A DNA stretch of 61,269 nt, the filler included, from Sphacelaria rigidula (Eukaryota): assembly GCA_964200075.2 (NCBI GenBank). It is 8 parts of 8 records of this genome, joined end to end, with 100 filler letters (N's around TTAATTAATTAA, not from the genome) between each part and the next. Parts side by side here need not be neighbours in the genome. Positions count along the whole stretch, not along the records: positions 23,017 to 30,587 come from CAXNAA020014290.1; positions 30,688 to 38,258 come from CAXNAA020014291.1; 6 more parts are not named here. One strand, given 5' to 3'. Shown here piece after piece: positions 23,017-35,823 of the stretch. Below the pieces are notes generated by a model that saw nothing but the letters and a program-made list of their open reading frames with translations, ran no database searches and had not been told where the DNA came from. The stretch's first letter is position 1. Each line of letters starts with the position of its first letter. The translations under genes were made by a program, and so were the position numbers.

Positions 23017-24164
23017 AGGTGGCGGGGCTTAGCTTTTGGGCTAAGCAACGCGTCCTGGGTTACCCCACTGTATGCTATTTGGGATCTCCGCAACTTGTAG
23101 AACGTTCCCAAAAGGTTGTCAAGTTGTGAGGTGAGCATCAGTGCTGTGTGGGTACCGCCCTGGCGGGGTTCAGCCGCGGCACTAAGTCCACTCATGTGCG
23201 AACGTCTACCGTTTTGTGAGTGGGCCGGTGCATGTGGTTAAAAGTGTCCCATGTCAGGTGGGTCAGGCGGTGAATTAGTTGTCGCCTTGGGGGCGGAGCA
23301 GGCGACCGTACGAAGGCAGTTGTGATTGCCAGACTTGCCAACATAGTCCAAAAAGACGCGAAGCTTCGAAGTGTCTTTTTGTCAACAGCTCATGTTCTTG
23401 GTCCGCAATTTCCAGAGCCTTCGTGGATTTGCGTATCGCGCGTTTGAGTTCATTTTGTTCTGTTGGCTTGTTGTAGGGATCGACATCCATCTCACGGGGG
23501 ACCTGCGCGGGCTCTTGTACCACTGAAAAACCCTCATGTTGACCCTCCTGGAGGCGGGCAAATTCCAAGTCTCTCAACGCATGTTCAAGCTGTGCTAGAT
23601 TGCTGCTATTAATCTGGTCCCAGAACGTTTTTCGTTCATTTACCGAAAAGTTGTACCAACGCGGGCAATGAGGGTTGGGGAAGTTTGCTTGAGCTGTAAA
23701 TATGCTTCGTCACGCGTGGGCGGGGGTTGTTTTGGCTTGGGCTGGTCATCAACAGCCGGAGCGGTGCTATTACAGGGTTCAGCACCGGTTTGAGTTCGGG
23801 AGTCATGGGTAGGAAAGGTTTTCGTAGCATCAGGGCTCACTTGGAGGGATGCCATCTAAGAATGAAAAGTGGGAACGCCATCAGCGTTGTGGGTAGCTGG
23901 TTGGGGTAGAGGTATGTTCACTGAGGGATGGGGTTGAGCATGGGGAGGAGAACTACAGTCCTCATCGACATCTTTAGCCACATCCCTGAAAAGGTGCCCT
24001 GCAAGAACGCTATCATCGACATCGAAACGTTTCGGGTTGTTGTTGGCAACCGTCTCATTACGCATGGGTGATCGTACAGTTGTTTCACCACTGTATGTAG
24101 GAAGCGCACCGTCCTTCGTGACATCGTGCTCCATTGAAGTCGGAGGGCGGTTGATATCAAACAT
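23017..24164 (-). pseudogene. Disrupted intronless ORF, probably the gag-like N-terminus of a retrotransposon
   Basis: Consecutive ORFs 23856-24164 and 23640-23855 (same frame, one stop between them), 23275-23577 and 23017-23195 form a Pro-rich then coiled-coil-like reading broken by stops and a frameshift. No diagnostic motif appears before the contig ends. Confidence 0.4.
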
Positions 24165-27100
24165 GGGTATAAAGCGAACGTTTCGTCGTGGGAGACGGCA
24201 TAGTTGTTGAGGACTGAAGCGGAGTGAACAAAACAGAAGAGGAATAGAGTGGCAGGGTACTGTCGATAGTCGATCGACATGTAGTTCCGCGCACTCCGCA
24301 CATGCATGAGGTCTACCACCTTTTCAATCAGGCGCAGACGAGAGGGGAAAAAAAACTATGTCGGAGGCACACAACAATCCGTAGGTGTGTGTGTATGTGT
24401 TGGAATAAATTGTAACAGCAAAAGACAAGAAAACGAAGGTTGTCACAACCAACAAATATACAGTGTCTGTCACAAGCGCAATAGCGCATTAACAAACCTA
24501 CTTCCCATGAAGGGATGTACGTGTGGGACGCAGCGAACCGCAACGCCAACCGCTTAGTCCTGTCTTGAGAACATTTTGAGGTTTGAGAGAAACACACACA
24601 CACACACACACACACAACTGTCGGATGCCGTATCGTATTTCCTGAGGCAATATCGGCGCCGCTGGCGATACTCATATAAGAGCACCGTCTAGTTCACTGG
24701 AAATAACCGAGTTGGAGTCTTGGTGACGTACATCGTACAGGTAGACATTTAATAAATGTACAAGCACAACCGAAATACATATGTGTACCGCAGTGCAGAC
24801 AGCAGCGTAAAAAAAGCACCAGACAACGAAATGCTGTGTGGCACAGTACAGTACACATGATCTTCACGTGGTCCAGCGGGCGTGGTCGACAGTGCAGTCA
24901 GTACAATACCAATTTGTTCGCATCACATGAGAAATATTCGACACAACGTTATGCCCGCGCCGTGTTCCTTTCTGCAATGCAATATAGATAACTTCGTTCA
25001 GATAGTGTGGCAGTACCAACGCATGCTGCTACAGTACGGCACCTCACCGTCCGCAAGATATTCCCCGCTGGGACCAGTTGCAAGTAAAACGGTGCTGTAC
25101 TGTCGTCAGCACTTCAATTCGGAACAATATTTCAACGGGAAAGGTGAGTGGCCTTCTGGACGACGAGTATGTACTGTAGTGCGTGTTGGTGGGCCGGCAA
25201 TCAAACTGTAGTAGTATACACTGGTGCCGTACAAAAGTAACAAAAGTACAGAGTCGAGCGCTTGTGTACAAGTAACATGAGCCTCGCGCATCGTCGTGTT
25301 CAATCATTCTCGTGTGCAGGCAATAATCTTATCCTGGTCCATCATGCCGCATCAATATAATTCGGTGCGCATGGTGGCTCCACGTTCCGTGTTTGGGCAA
25401 GAAAAGTCGTATGTACGGCGGGCGGCGATTGAAATGGCCCACGAACTCTTTACCTGCAAGCATGAACCGGCGTGTGTTTGGACACATGTCGGTCGATTCG
25501 GTTGATACAGAATCGACGGACTGTGAGCAGGGGCGCTTGCGGGGGCAGGTGGTCGGGAGGGCGGTGAAAAAGCTACGGACCCTTGAGGGGCATATCCAAA
25601 CAAGGAACGTGTGAGCGGCTTCATTATTCGAGAACCGCCCGTGGGTGAAAAAGGACACATCACTTCAGATCGAGTGTGCATGAAAACGCTATGTGTTCTC
25701 TGTGCGGTGCATAACGTTACCAGTGAGGGCGTATCCACCGCAGTGGGTTGGCGTGTGCCGTCGATATGACCTGCAGGGTGCGGGGAATATGCTTGTGCAG
25801 CAAGAGAGGTCTGACGTGTGCGCTCGTACCTTGAGCGCTTCATGGTTCGGTCGACGTTGCCTGAAACCAACGTGGGGACTGTATGACACATCGCAGACCT
25901 GCAGCGAACTCGTGTCGGAATGTATGACCAACTTCGAGTAAAAAAAAGAAAACAGCTGTCAAAGGAGCTGTCTTTTGACCTTGGAGGATTACACCGCTGA
26001 ATCGTGTATACAAATATCAAGTGAAAATCAAAAACAGAAAATCCAGGGCTTGAAAAAATCAAACCAACGAAGGGTTGTGGTGGACTGGAACGCGTACAGC
26101 AGCAGTCCACGGAGAGAAAAACAGTACAGCTTGAGGCCACAAGCTACCTCTGAAGCCCCATGAATGTGGAAGTATTGCACGCAAAGCAGGCCACAACCCA
26201 AGATGGGTGAGTATGTGACGCACTGGTCCTGTTTCCGGCTCGTAACTCAAACTATATGTTTTTCTCACACAAAGGCAGTCGTCAACAGTAGACAGCTGTA
26301 GATGAAAGTAAGCACTGAGCTCTTTCTGAAAAGGAAACACCACCGTGATATCGAGGGATTATATTACTTGTGACTTACTCGTGTTCTAGCTTGTCACAGC
26401 TCGCCAGCAGGGAGACGTCGCGCAGAACAGATGAAAAGCTGATGGTCCTTCTTGTGAATAGTTTACGGTAGGTCTTTCTCTAACAGGTGGATCGCGAGTG
26501 CTTGCCTAGGCGATGCGGCACACGATTACCCTCAAAACCTCCTACCTACGCATACAATCTTGTCATATAAATACCACTACATGTGGTGCACTGTACCCCA
26601 AGCCAATCAAAAGCTGTAGTAGCAGCAGGTACCCGCAGCTAATCGGGTACAATCCTTTTACCTTCGACCCGCTGTGACAACAATACAAACACACATTCGA
26701 CTAGAATCTTTCCATACCCGCTGGTCGTTTCTGGGGAACATCTGCATATCCACAAGGAAACTAGTTTTAATTCAGGCCCTCAGTCATTTACCATCACAGC
26801 AAGGCAAGAATACCGCGACCCTCCAAGAAGACGGCCGGGACCGGGGCGCTCTACTGTCTTAGATACCCACTTTTGCTCGTCGTTCATACCCGCAATCTTG
26901 GAGGAGTTTACGTGTGTTTTTGTTTTTTATGCAAGATGAATATTTCGAGAGAGGATCCATTCTCACGAGGGCTTGGCAAAGTAAAAGTGCCGAGACCCTC
27001 GAAAAAGACGAACGGGACCGGAGCGCAGCCCCGGGTCCCGTGCGGCTTGTATTTATATAAATATATATGTACATGTATAACATTTTAAACCATTTTTGCC

Positions 27101-27682
27101 GAGTTTTCTCTGATGACGAGGCATTCTGTCCCGCACGTTCTTTTGCAGTGCACTGAGAACTCTTCGCGGTACATTACCGTTCAGGTTTGGGTATCATCTA
27201 ATACCTGTGGCGCGTGTTCCGGCCACCGAAAGTCGTTCAAACTGGCTCTTTTTCGCGGAGTTTCGATCCCGAACCATAAAAACCTTTCCAAGATCAGGGA
27301 CAACTTGAGACAGTAATCCAAAACACAAAAGCCTGTGGAAGATTATGAAACATACTTACTTTTGGAGGGGTATATTCCCTCCGTGTTTCTCTTTGTCGCG
27401 TTCTCGTTCATTTGGTGGGACGGATACACCGGTTATGCCGCCAATGTCACGAGAACATGAGAGCAAAGCAGTTGAAAACAATTGAACATTACCTTGGCCT
27501 TAGTCAGCAGCAAACACAAGACCGTGCAATGATGGGCCGTTGGTGAGTTGAACAAGGCACAGCAGTATGGCAGCACAGGAATGTTTTGCCGCAAAAACCA
27601 ATCACCCTGTTGTAAAAAAAGGCCCGGTGATGTGGAAGCTACAGACGGTGATGGACAATAGTTTACGACAAGATCCACCACT

Positions 27683-28015
27683 CTGCGGAATATATGGTTA
27701 CGTAGCTAGCTAGCTAGGCGACAATATCTGGCAACACCACAGACTGTACTATTTCTTTTTGAAACAAGATCGTACAGTTCAGTAGGTCCGCAACCATGGG
27801 GTTGGAGGGCTCGGGGGTTTCTACTATTCGTTTTCGAAACAAGACCGTGTAGTACAATGCGTTCGCAACGATGGGTTCGGAGCGCTCAGGGGTTTCTCCC
27901 CGAACACAAGAATAATGACATGCACGTGCACTAATGACTACCGCACCCGAGCGGAATATACTGCTAGGTAGCTAACATAGCTAGCTAGGCGACATTATCT
28001 GGCAACGCCACAAAC
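27683..28015 (+). repeat. Diverged local direct repeats
   Basis: GCGGAATATA...TAGCTAGCTAGGCGACA(A/T)TATCTGGCAAC occurs at ~27684 and ~27951. GAAACAAGA...CGCAAC.ATGGG...GCTC.GGGGTTTCT occurs twice in tandem between them. Confidence 0.75.
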
Positions 28016-29516
28016 TCCACTTCGGTCGTACTACATCAGTGGAAGTTGTGGAACGGTACATGGTCACTCGTGTACAGTACAGACAGTCTGTACTGTCTGC
28101 ACTGCGTGCTAGAACGGTGTATTGAGTACGTGTGTGCGTGTTTCATGCAGGAGGGTATAAAGGAGAAGCGGGCAACGTGCAGTGCAAACACCCCAGGACT
28201 ATCAGTTCTCTCTGCTGACAATGCGACTTGAAAAGGACTTCACCAACGTGCAGCTTTGTACTGCCTGCACTGTCCATGAGCGTGCGCAACTCGATTGCCC
28301 ACGGTACCACGCAGTTCCGTCGCTGGTCCCTACCGTGAGAGAATATGCACAAGGCTTCGGCAACAAAAAGTAAACAAAGCACACCCGACTACTGGAGCAA
28401 TGTATCTATCCCTGTGCTTAACTCGTGCTCTATCTATGCTGAAGGGTTGTGATGGTAGCTGACAATGAGTTGGATGGAGTTTGCATGGTTCTGTGAGGAG
28501 GTGTTATCTGGCGTGGTGGTCTGTAAGATAGAAGTCATGTGCCGCTTCGTGCATTTTGACCGGATCACCCCACAGAGAGGAGCCTACCGTAGCCCACTTT
28601 TCAGATTCGCTTGGCTCCAAAGTTTCAAGAGTAGCCGCTGAACAATAATCCGTGTTCACCTGCCCTGTCCGTGATTTTGCGGAAGCGATCCCTTACAGAT
28701 CTGGAATATTGACAACTTGTCATTCGCTCATTTTCATTTCCCTGTTTGATGCCGAAATACGTGAAAAATTGAGTGTTTCAGAACAATTTATTCCCCCCTG
28801 GATGTCAAACTATCTCAAGTCAACAGTGAGCCAAAGAGGCATAAGCCGATCTCACAACGAGGTATGAACACACATTGCCGCGAGCACTGCGGGCATCTTC
28901 GGGAGAAACCGGCGTACAAGCTCGTGCTCGTTTTGTGTCGTTTGTGGGGTATGCGTGCGGTTGTCACAGAGTGAGGGTGCGATGCACGCTGTACTACTGT
29001 AGTAGCAAATTTTTACATAGTGAACTGAAAACCAGGGATGGGAATGGAGTGGCAGAGTGTGGTTCGATCAGCTTTATGAGTCCTTCTCTATCGATCCAGC
29101 TTCTCACAGCGCAAACACGGTCGAGGCGATACGTCCGCCATATTACCACTGAGCAAATGTGCTGCAGGCTATTCGTAGATGTCAAAAAAAGCTCACGTGA
29201 CATTTTTTATGCTGTCACTGTACCGGGATCACAAGACCGATGGAAGCCACGGTGCACCGGAAGTGGTCATTTGCTTTGCATAGAGAACACCGTACGCCCG
29301 ACTGGGGATGTGTTGTGGTCTGGCCACGAGGTGATGAGGGCGTCACTCTCGAGGAACAAGCATAGTCGGGGTTGCAATGTGCAAGTACCCGACTTGAGAG
29401 GACGATTGCTGTCGAATACAGCTCATGGCACACAGACCCTTGAGTCCGAAGCAGCACTGCATCGCAAGATAAACGTAGACTCACCGCACGTGCAGAGGAG
29501 CGCTTTTGACTCGTTT

Positions 29517-29614
29517 GCAAGCGAGATGTCTCCGGGTGGTGGCTGGTAGCTTTGTTGTTAGGCTTAGCGAGCGAGATGTCTCCGGGTGGTGGCTGGTAGC
29601 TTTGTTGTTAGGCT
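29517..29614 (+). repeat. Tandem duplication, 2 x ~50 bp
   Basis: GCGAGATGTCTCCGGGTGGTGGCTGGTAGCTTTGTTGTTAGGCTT is repeated twice. Confidence 0.95.
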
Positions 29615-30587
29615 TTGTGATAGGCCAGGGCCCCGACTGAGCACGTCTAGTTGGAACACGACACCAATATGCGAATGGAATACAACCTACTGTACATGCC
29701 GTGTGCACTTCGAAACGCCTACTACATATACAGTCGGTATCTACCGTAGCATCCCCCCCCCTTGCTTTGTGCACGCTGCTCATGCAAGACGAGGAAAGAC
29801 ACAGCACAATTCACTCGGGAGGTGATTTACTCAAGTTTCTTTGCCATCAGCCTAATGTCATGTCAAAGACGAGAACACCGCAGAATTCCGGGGCTAGATA
29901 TGACCGCGGGAAAACTCGTCAAAAAATCAAAAAGATGGGCAAAACCTGTCATTCAGGGGGGGGAAAGCCTCATCGTTTGAGGAAACAATCTCTCACGCTC
30001 TTTCAGATCATAGCGAGTGATTTCGCATGTGCTATGTCGTCCCGGGATCCCAGTTACCCCGGGAACAGAAACCACGGAGAATAGCCGGTGATCATTTGCC
30101 GATGGTAACGGCGCTTAGACACTCCTAATTGGTTACACCAATCCTGGGTAGTGTAGGACTCGCAAAAAGAGCTGACTCACTAGAAAACCCCCAGACAGCG
30201 CTTACTGGTTGATGTTAGTGCGTAGGCTTTTTTCTCACCCATCAGCAGCAACTGACCTATTGGATACCGGGGGACTCCTACATCTCAGATTCACATTTCC
30301 GTCGTGGTACAGTGACCAAGCAGGTACTCGATCCCCACCCTTTCTGTACAATGTTGACTCCACGACATGAATTTATCTACTTCGAAGGGGTGGGGCACCC
30401 TAAAATCGGATCAACGTTCTGCGAGGAGGAAGAAATGTGATGAATGGACCAGGTACCTGAAGCAAAGGGTGCGATCACGTCTGACAAAAGAGTCATCCTA
30501 CGATAGGGGAGGGGGTATTTCGGGCCATTTGTTGCTCGGAATTTCGAGTCAGATCGTTCAAAGCAGCAACGGTTGTTCGAACAAGCT

Positions 30588-30687
30588 NNNNNNNNNNNNN
30601 NNNNNNNNNNNNNNNNNNNNNNNNNNNNNNNTTAATTAATTAANNNNNNNNNNNNNNNNNNNNNNNNNNNNNNNNNNNNNNNNNNNN
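30588..30687. other. Artificial contig spacer
   Basis: N44-TTAATTAATTAA-N44. Confidence 0.99.
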
Positions 30688-32519
30688 GGTTTTAATTTTT
30701 GTCTATTATAGGAAGCGGCCTAAGCAACATGTCTAGCGGAGTAGGGCACAACTTGGAACTCTACACTGTAAAATCGGCGTTCACCAAATACAACGGCACG
30801 CTAAGCACAACAGAAGCCCGTCTGTGAGGTGATACCATCATTTGCATCCGTGTTTGGGGCTAAAGCCGCGTCAAGGCAGGAACCCGCCTTATACCCAAGG
30901 CTTTTGCCATGACCGGGCATTTACACGTGTTTTTTTTACGTGCCCATGTTTTCTAAAACCGGTTCAGAGATGGTCATATGAGACGTCACTTTTTACCGCC
31001 CAATTCAAAAGATGTTCATGCGAGACCTGCTTGTGCCTGGTTGAGAGACGTTACGTGAAAGTTGCGCTTCTGCCATCTGGTTCAAATATGGTCATGTGGT
31101 AAAAACTTACCCTGGACGCGATAGGTCTTGTTAATAATACCGAAGCCAGATCTATCTGGCTCCGCCTCACGCCGGGTCAAGGCGAGACGACGAAAAAACT
31201 CAAGCTTGTTTATACATGTTGTCCTGCCCTTGTCTAGAAAAACCCAAAACAACGCCAAAAAATCATCTCAACCAACTGTCGTCGAATTAGACTTCTCCCT
31301 TGAGTGGGTGCATTGCTCCACCACCGCGCTGCTGTACGAGTACTTGTCTGGAGGATCATCACTGGACAAATAGGGCGCCTGCTTCTGTTTTTGACTTGCC
31401 GCTATTCTACCGCAACACGGGTCCTCCACCTGTATCTACACATTGAAACGCACAGACGAACGGACAAGATCCTCCTGGTGCGGTATAAACAAGTGCCACG
31501 AACGGTGCGCTCAGCTGTGTCACATTTATCGTGTTGTACTGGTGCAGGGTACCATCAGCTGCATTCCGAGGGTAGGTGGAGCTGAACTCTGGATTGTGGA
31601 TTGCGTACATCTGCTGTGCGCAGAGGAAACATCACTTTTCAAACTGAACAGACAGTACTGTACGATGAAGCACCAGCTGTCCGGTACGATTGCGCTGTTC
31701 ATCACATGTTCACCATGAGGAGTGCAGTATCGCTCTGGAGTACAGCATACACAAAGACGCAAGCGCACCGTCCCCATATGGAGTAGACCACAACCAGATG
31801 ACGTGATAGCAACGCGGCCACCCCACGGAGAAGGCAAGCATGCTCAGTATGAGCAGCTACCCCCCCCGGTGTTGGTGCTGTGTTATCCTCCAGTTTTATA
31901 TACGGAATAGACTAGAGGAAGAGGACGAATCTCGTTGTTGCAGAAATTTGAAAACATAAGCGAAGCGCGAAAACAGAAAAGTGTGGGGCGCCGCCTAACC
32001 GAGGGCGACTGCAAGCTCGATCACACCTCAGCATAGTGCCAGAACACAACCATACCTAGCAGGAGTGATGAGATGAGTTGGAGCTCCCGGAACCAAAGTG
32101 GTTGAAGCGTGTCTGAGGAACCGCGATACAGTACCGCAACCTGCGATGATTATTAAAGCGCAGTAGATATTATTTGAGATAAGAGATGACATTGTACAAC
32201 GAATGGGGTACAACTGGTCTGTACCGTCACTTTGGTCCAATATTAAAACCAATATATTTTCGATTATTGAAAATCATTCATCAAAAGGGGTACAACGCGA
32301 GTATTGGCCAGGACGACCATGACGACCTTGGTCGCTATTACAGGTGCAGTGCCACACCGGCTATGTGCAAGTCTGCATGCTCCTGTGTGCACTACCAACT
32401 AAACTAGCTAAGAGTGTGTGTTTCGTCATGGTGCTGCTTGTTCCCCTTTTTTATGGCCGTACTTTGAGTCAGCGGCAAACGCAAAAATTCCGCTGATGTA
32501 CTTGTAGTCCCTCGTCATA

Positions 32520-33495
32520 CGAGCTGGGCCAGCCGAGAGGCGGATTTTTTTAATTTTGCAGGCCCATGCTCCGCCCCATATTTAGAGTTGGAGCGTAAAA
32601 TGTGGTGTATGGACAATACATAGGACATGAAAAAAAATCATGTCGGTACCATTTTTTTTTTTCATGAGTTAAGGGCAATAATCAGTTTTCAGTAAAATGC
32701 CCTTTACTCATGAAAAAAATTAATGGAACGGACTGACCTTTTTTTTTCAACGTGCCCTATGCATTGTCCATACCAAATTTTACCCTCCAACTCTGAATAT
32801 TGGGCGGAGCATGGGCCTTTAAAAAACCGGGTCGGTGGAGATTCGGAACAGTATTTCAAAGGCCATTCACCGGCCCACGTTTGGTTTTCGTGTATTGAAA
32901 TTCTGTGTGGGCGCTCTGCAAGGCATAATTAACAAAACTCAGTGGGTGATGTTTTTTCGATTGTTTTTTTTACTGGTTTAGGGCGTTTTAGAATGGTCAA
33001 GACCATTTCTTCACGAGAACGCCCTAACCTCTACGGAAAAAAAAATAAATGAAGGCCCATTTTTTTGTTTATTCGGCACAGTTTTGTTATTCTCCATGCC
33101 AAGTTTCGAATCAAAATTCTAAAAATTGAGCTGAAACATTGAAATAAGGCCTAAGAGCAACGTTCATTTCTCCTCGAACCTCCACTTAGGTTAAGGTCAG
33201 GGTATACATCGTCTCCCCGTGCTCCAGAGAATGTCCACACCAAAATTCGTCATCCGCTGAATGCATCGATCGGGGGTTTCATATAGATTCTAGTATGGAC
33301 GCCATCTCCCCTAGGTACAGGAATTACTAGACATGTGGTTTAATCGACGAGAAAACTTGGGCCGAAACTTTTGAGCAGATGGAAACCTTCCCCTTGGTTA
33401 GACGATAAACAAGACATGCGGTTCACGGCCCAACTAGCCTGTCGATGAGATATTGCTTCGAGAGCTTAAATCCGTTTTTAGGCAGGCCCAGCTCG
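32520..33495. mobile_element. Non-autonomous Tc1/mariner-type element (family D)
   Basis: TA|CGAGCTGGGCCAGCC...GGCAGGCCCAGCTCG|TA, i.e. TIRs with a TA duplication. The same termini occur at 55183-55738. Confidence 0.75.
32561..32817. mobile_element. Foldback MITE nested in the family D element
   Basis: GGCCCATGCTCCGCCCCATATTTAGAGTTGGAG... pairs with ...CTCCAACTCTGAATATTGGGCGGAGCATGGGCC, and the arms are complementary over most of the length. Confidence 0.8.
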
Positions 33496-35823
33496 TATCG
33501 ATTAGAGCTTGCACGAACAGCGCAGAGCAATCTGCTTGGTGCAAGGCGATTGCAAGTGTATAGTACTATACAGCGCAAGTAAAATATATAACACCACTAC
33601 GTCTACTGACTTTGTTGTTGTAGTACGCAGTACACAGAGGTAGGTACCTCTCGTCATTGTCGTCACTGGTCCGGGTTGATTTGACGACGAGTCATGTTGT
33701 GCAACTTGAATTTGACTAACTGCAACAACGACGTTCAAAGAGGCTTGACTGCTAACGACTACGACGTAACGACGAACGACTGCTGTGTAACAACGTTGGT
33801 AAGACGTATCGAGCTTGATCGGCAACACGGAAGAGGGAGCAGAGAGAGGCTGAAGGTAAAAAGTACAACCGACTAGACGAAGTCTGGGGTAACAGTACAG
33901 TAGTGCTGCGGTCTTTCGGACTGCTGAGCGAGCAGTATTGACCAACGAATTTGCGACATTACTCCTTTATGCAACGAGAAGACGTGAGACACACCAAGAC
34001 ACACACTAATAATGAATTACAGAAGTCTGTCAAGTACTTCAAGTTGCAACTTTCGGGCGCCCAAGAGCTGGAATTTTTCTCCGGGGATGGTTGCTGCTGG
34101 GGAGGAGGGGTAATCAGAAGTTCTAGCGATAGAGCCCCCTGTACGTACTTGTTGCGTCTTTGTTGACTTTCACGGCCTCACCCACTTGCATTAACTGTGC
34201 ATTCTCGCCCTATACATATGGACGAACGCGTACACATCAGCCAGCCAGTTGCATGGAACGAATGCCACATCCGCGCCATCCATTGACCCAGGCATGATCG
34301 AGCACATTTGATGATACTTCTCAACAAGGAAGCAGAAAAGATTTCAAGATGCGCATCTTCTGAATTGGAAAGGAGTGATGCGTGTAACGGAAGAAAAACT
34401 ATCCCAACCCCCCCCTCCCCCCTCCCCCCAGTACGCTCCCCCCCCCCACCACTTCGACAACCTGAAGGTCCCCGCCAGTTCATAAATCAAATTCCTGGAA
34501 ACGAAAATGTGCAAAAACAAAAATCCGAGACATACAGCTGGATCAAGCTTAAGGCGCCGAAATATACTTTTGCAACCCCCGCGTACAAACCTACGGGCAA
34601 CTTGCGCCACTGTGCCCCGCCACGAAAGTAACGAATGAAAAATATAATTTTGTTAAAAAAAACTGCTCTGTCAAGGTACAACAATATATACGCGAACAAA
34701 TACCGACATACGATACGGTAGATACAACAACAACGACAGAGAAATAGCGAACACGTACACAACGGACGACCATCAAGTAACAAGAAAACCGCGGAGCAAT
34801 CTTCCTTTCACGACGGTAGAAGTTTTTGTCATGCGCGGCAATGGACACACGGTTGGCTGTCAAACGAGTAACAGCATGTCACACGAGCTCATGTGAGCAT
34901 TGCCGCGTATTTACACCACACGCTGCACCCACAAGACACGATCATGAAGCAACGAGATGCTGAGCTATGCTTGCAGTTAACAAAGCTACCGCGCGGCTCA
35001 GGGTATAACGACCTTACTCAAAGGAGCATTTTGGAACGTAGGTGCCAACCAACCAAAACCTTGCGCAAAAAGGAGGTGAACAGACCAGGTCATGTGCACG
35101 TTTTGCTCCATGCAGGGCAAGTGCGACGCGTTTTTCTTCCAAACCACCTGTACAAGCAAGTCAACTCACAGGCCTCGATAATAACACCAAACCCTCAACA
35201 GCACACACACACACACAAACGCCTCCACCACCTCACGGCGAGGCAGAAGTCACGAGAAAAAGAGCATCGAGGAGTTCCAAGCATTCGAGAAAATGGAACT
35301 CCAGCAGAAACAAACAAGAGGGTCTTCACATGCTGCAGTGCTGAAGGCACACAGCAACATCACCCCCCCTCCTCCGCAAAGCACGAAACCGCCGCAACTA
35401 TCGCTGAGACTATTCGCCTCTTGCCGCTGTACGGAGGCATTCGGTACCTGTATCAACTAATCAGACGGACAAACACAGAATCACGTTACACAACGGCCAG
35501 AAGGTCACACTATCCCAAACAGTCATGCACCACGAGAAGTCGCCCCCGACTGTGTCGCTCAATTATCGTCCCCACCCCCTCGTACCTGGGCAATGCGACA
35601 CACTCGTCCTTCCTCGAGTCATACGTCGGTCTCAAGCTTCAACAGCCCCAACTTTCCACACAGCGCTAATCTTCATAATCCCATCCCTACCGTACTCTAA
35701 CGGTGCCGCCGCCATATTACATCGTCAAAACCGCCACAGCACATCATCACCACCCCCAATCCAACACCACAACACATCCCTTCCACATTTTAAATTGCGT
35801 GCCATTTTTTATGCTCCGCTCGC

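Noticed and set aside
24310..24630. LTR and primer-binding site upstream of the gag-like relic
   Set aside because: TGGTAGACCTC and a ...CCGACA end are suggestive, but there is no second LTR in the contig and I cannot match the site to a tRNA.
28875..29549. 224-aa ORF as an intact gene
   Set aside because: No recognisable domain or coherent start. It lies in a decayed region and ends in a local tandem duplication.
34893..35669. 258-aa plus-strand ORF
   Set aside because: No recognisable motif, includes a (CA)n tract, and lies antisense to the likely 3' UTR of the TMEM185-like gene.
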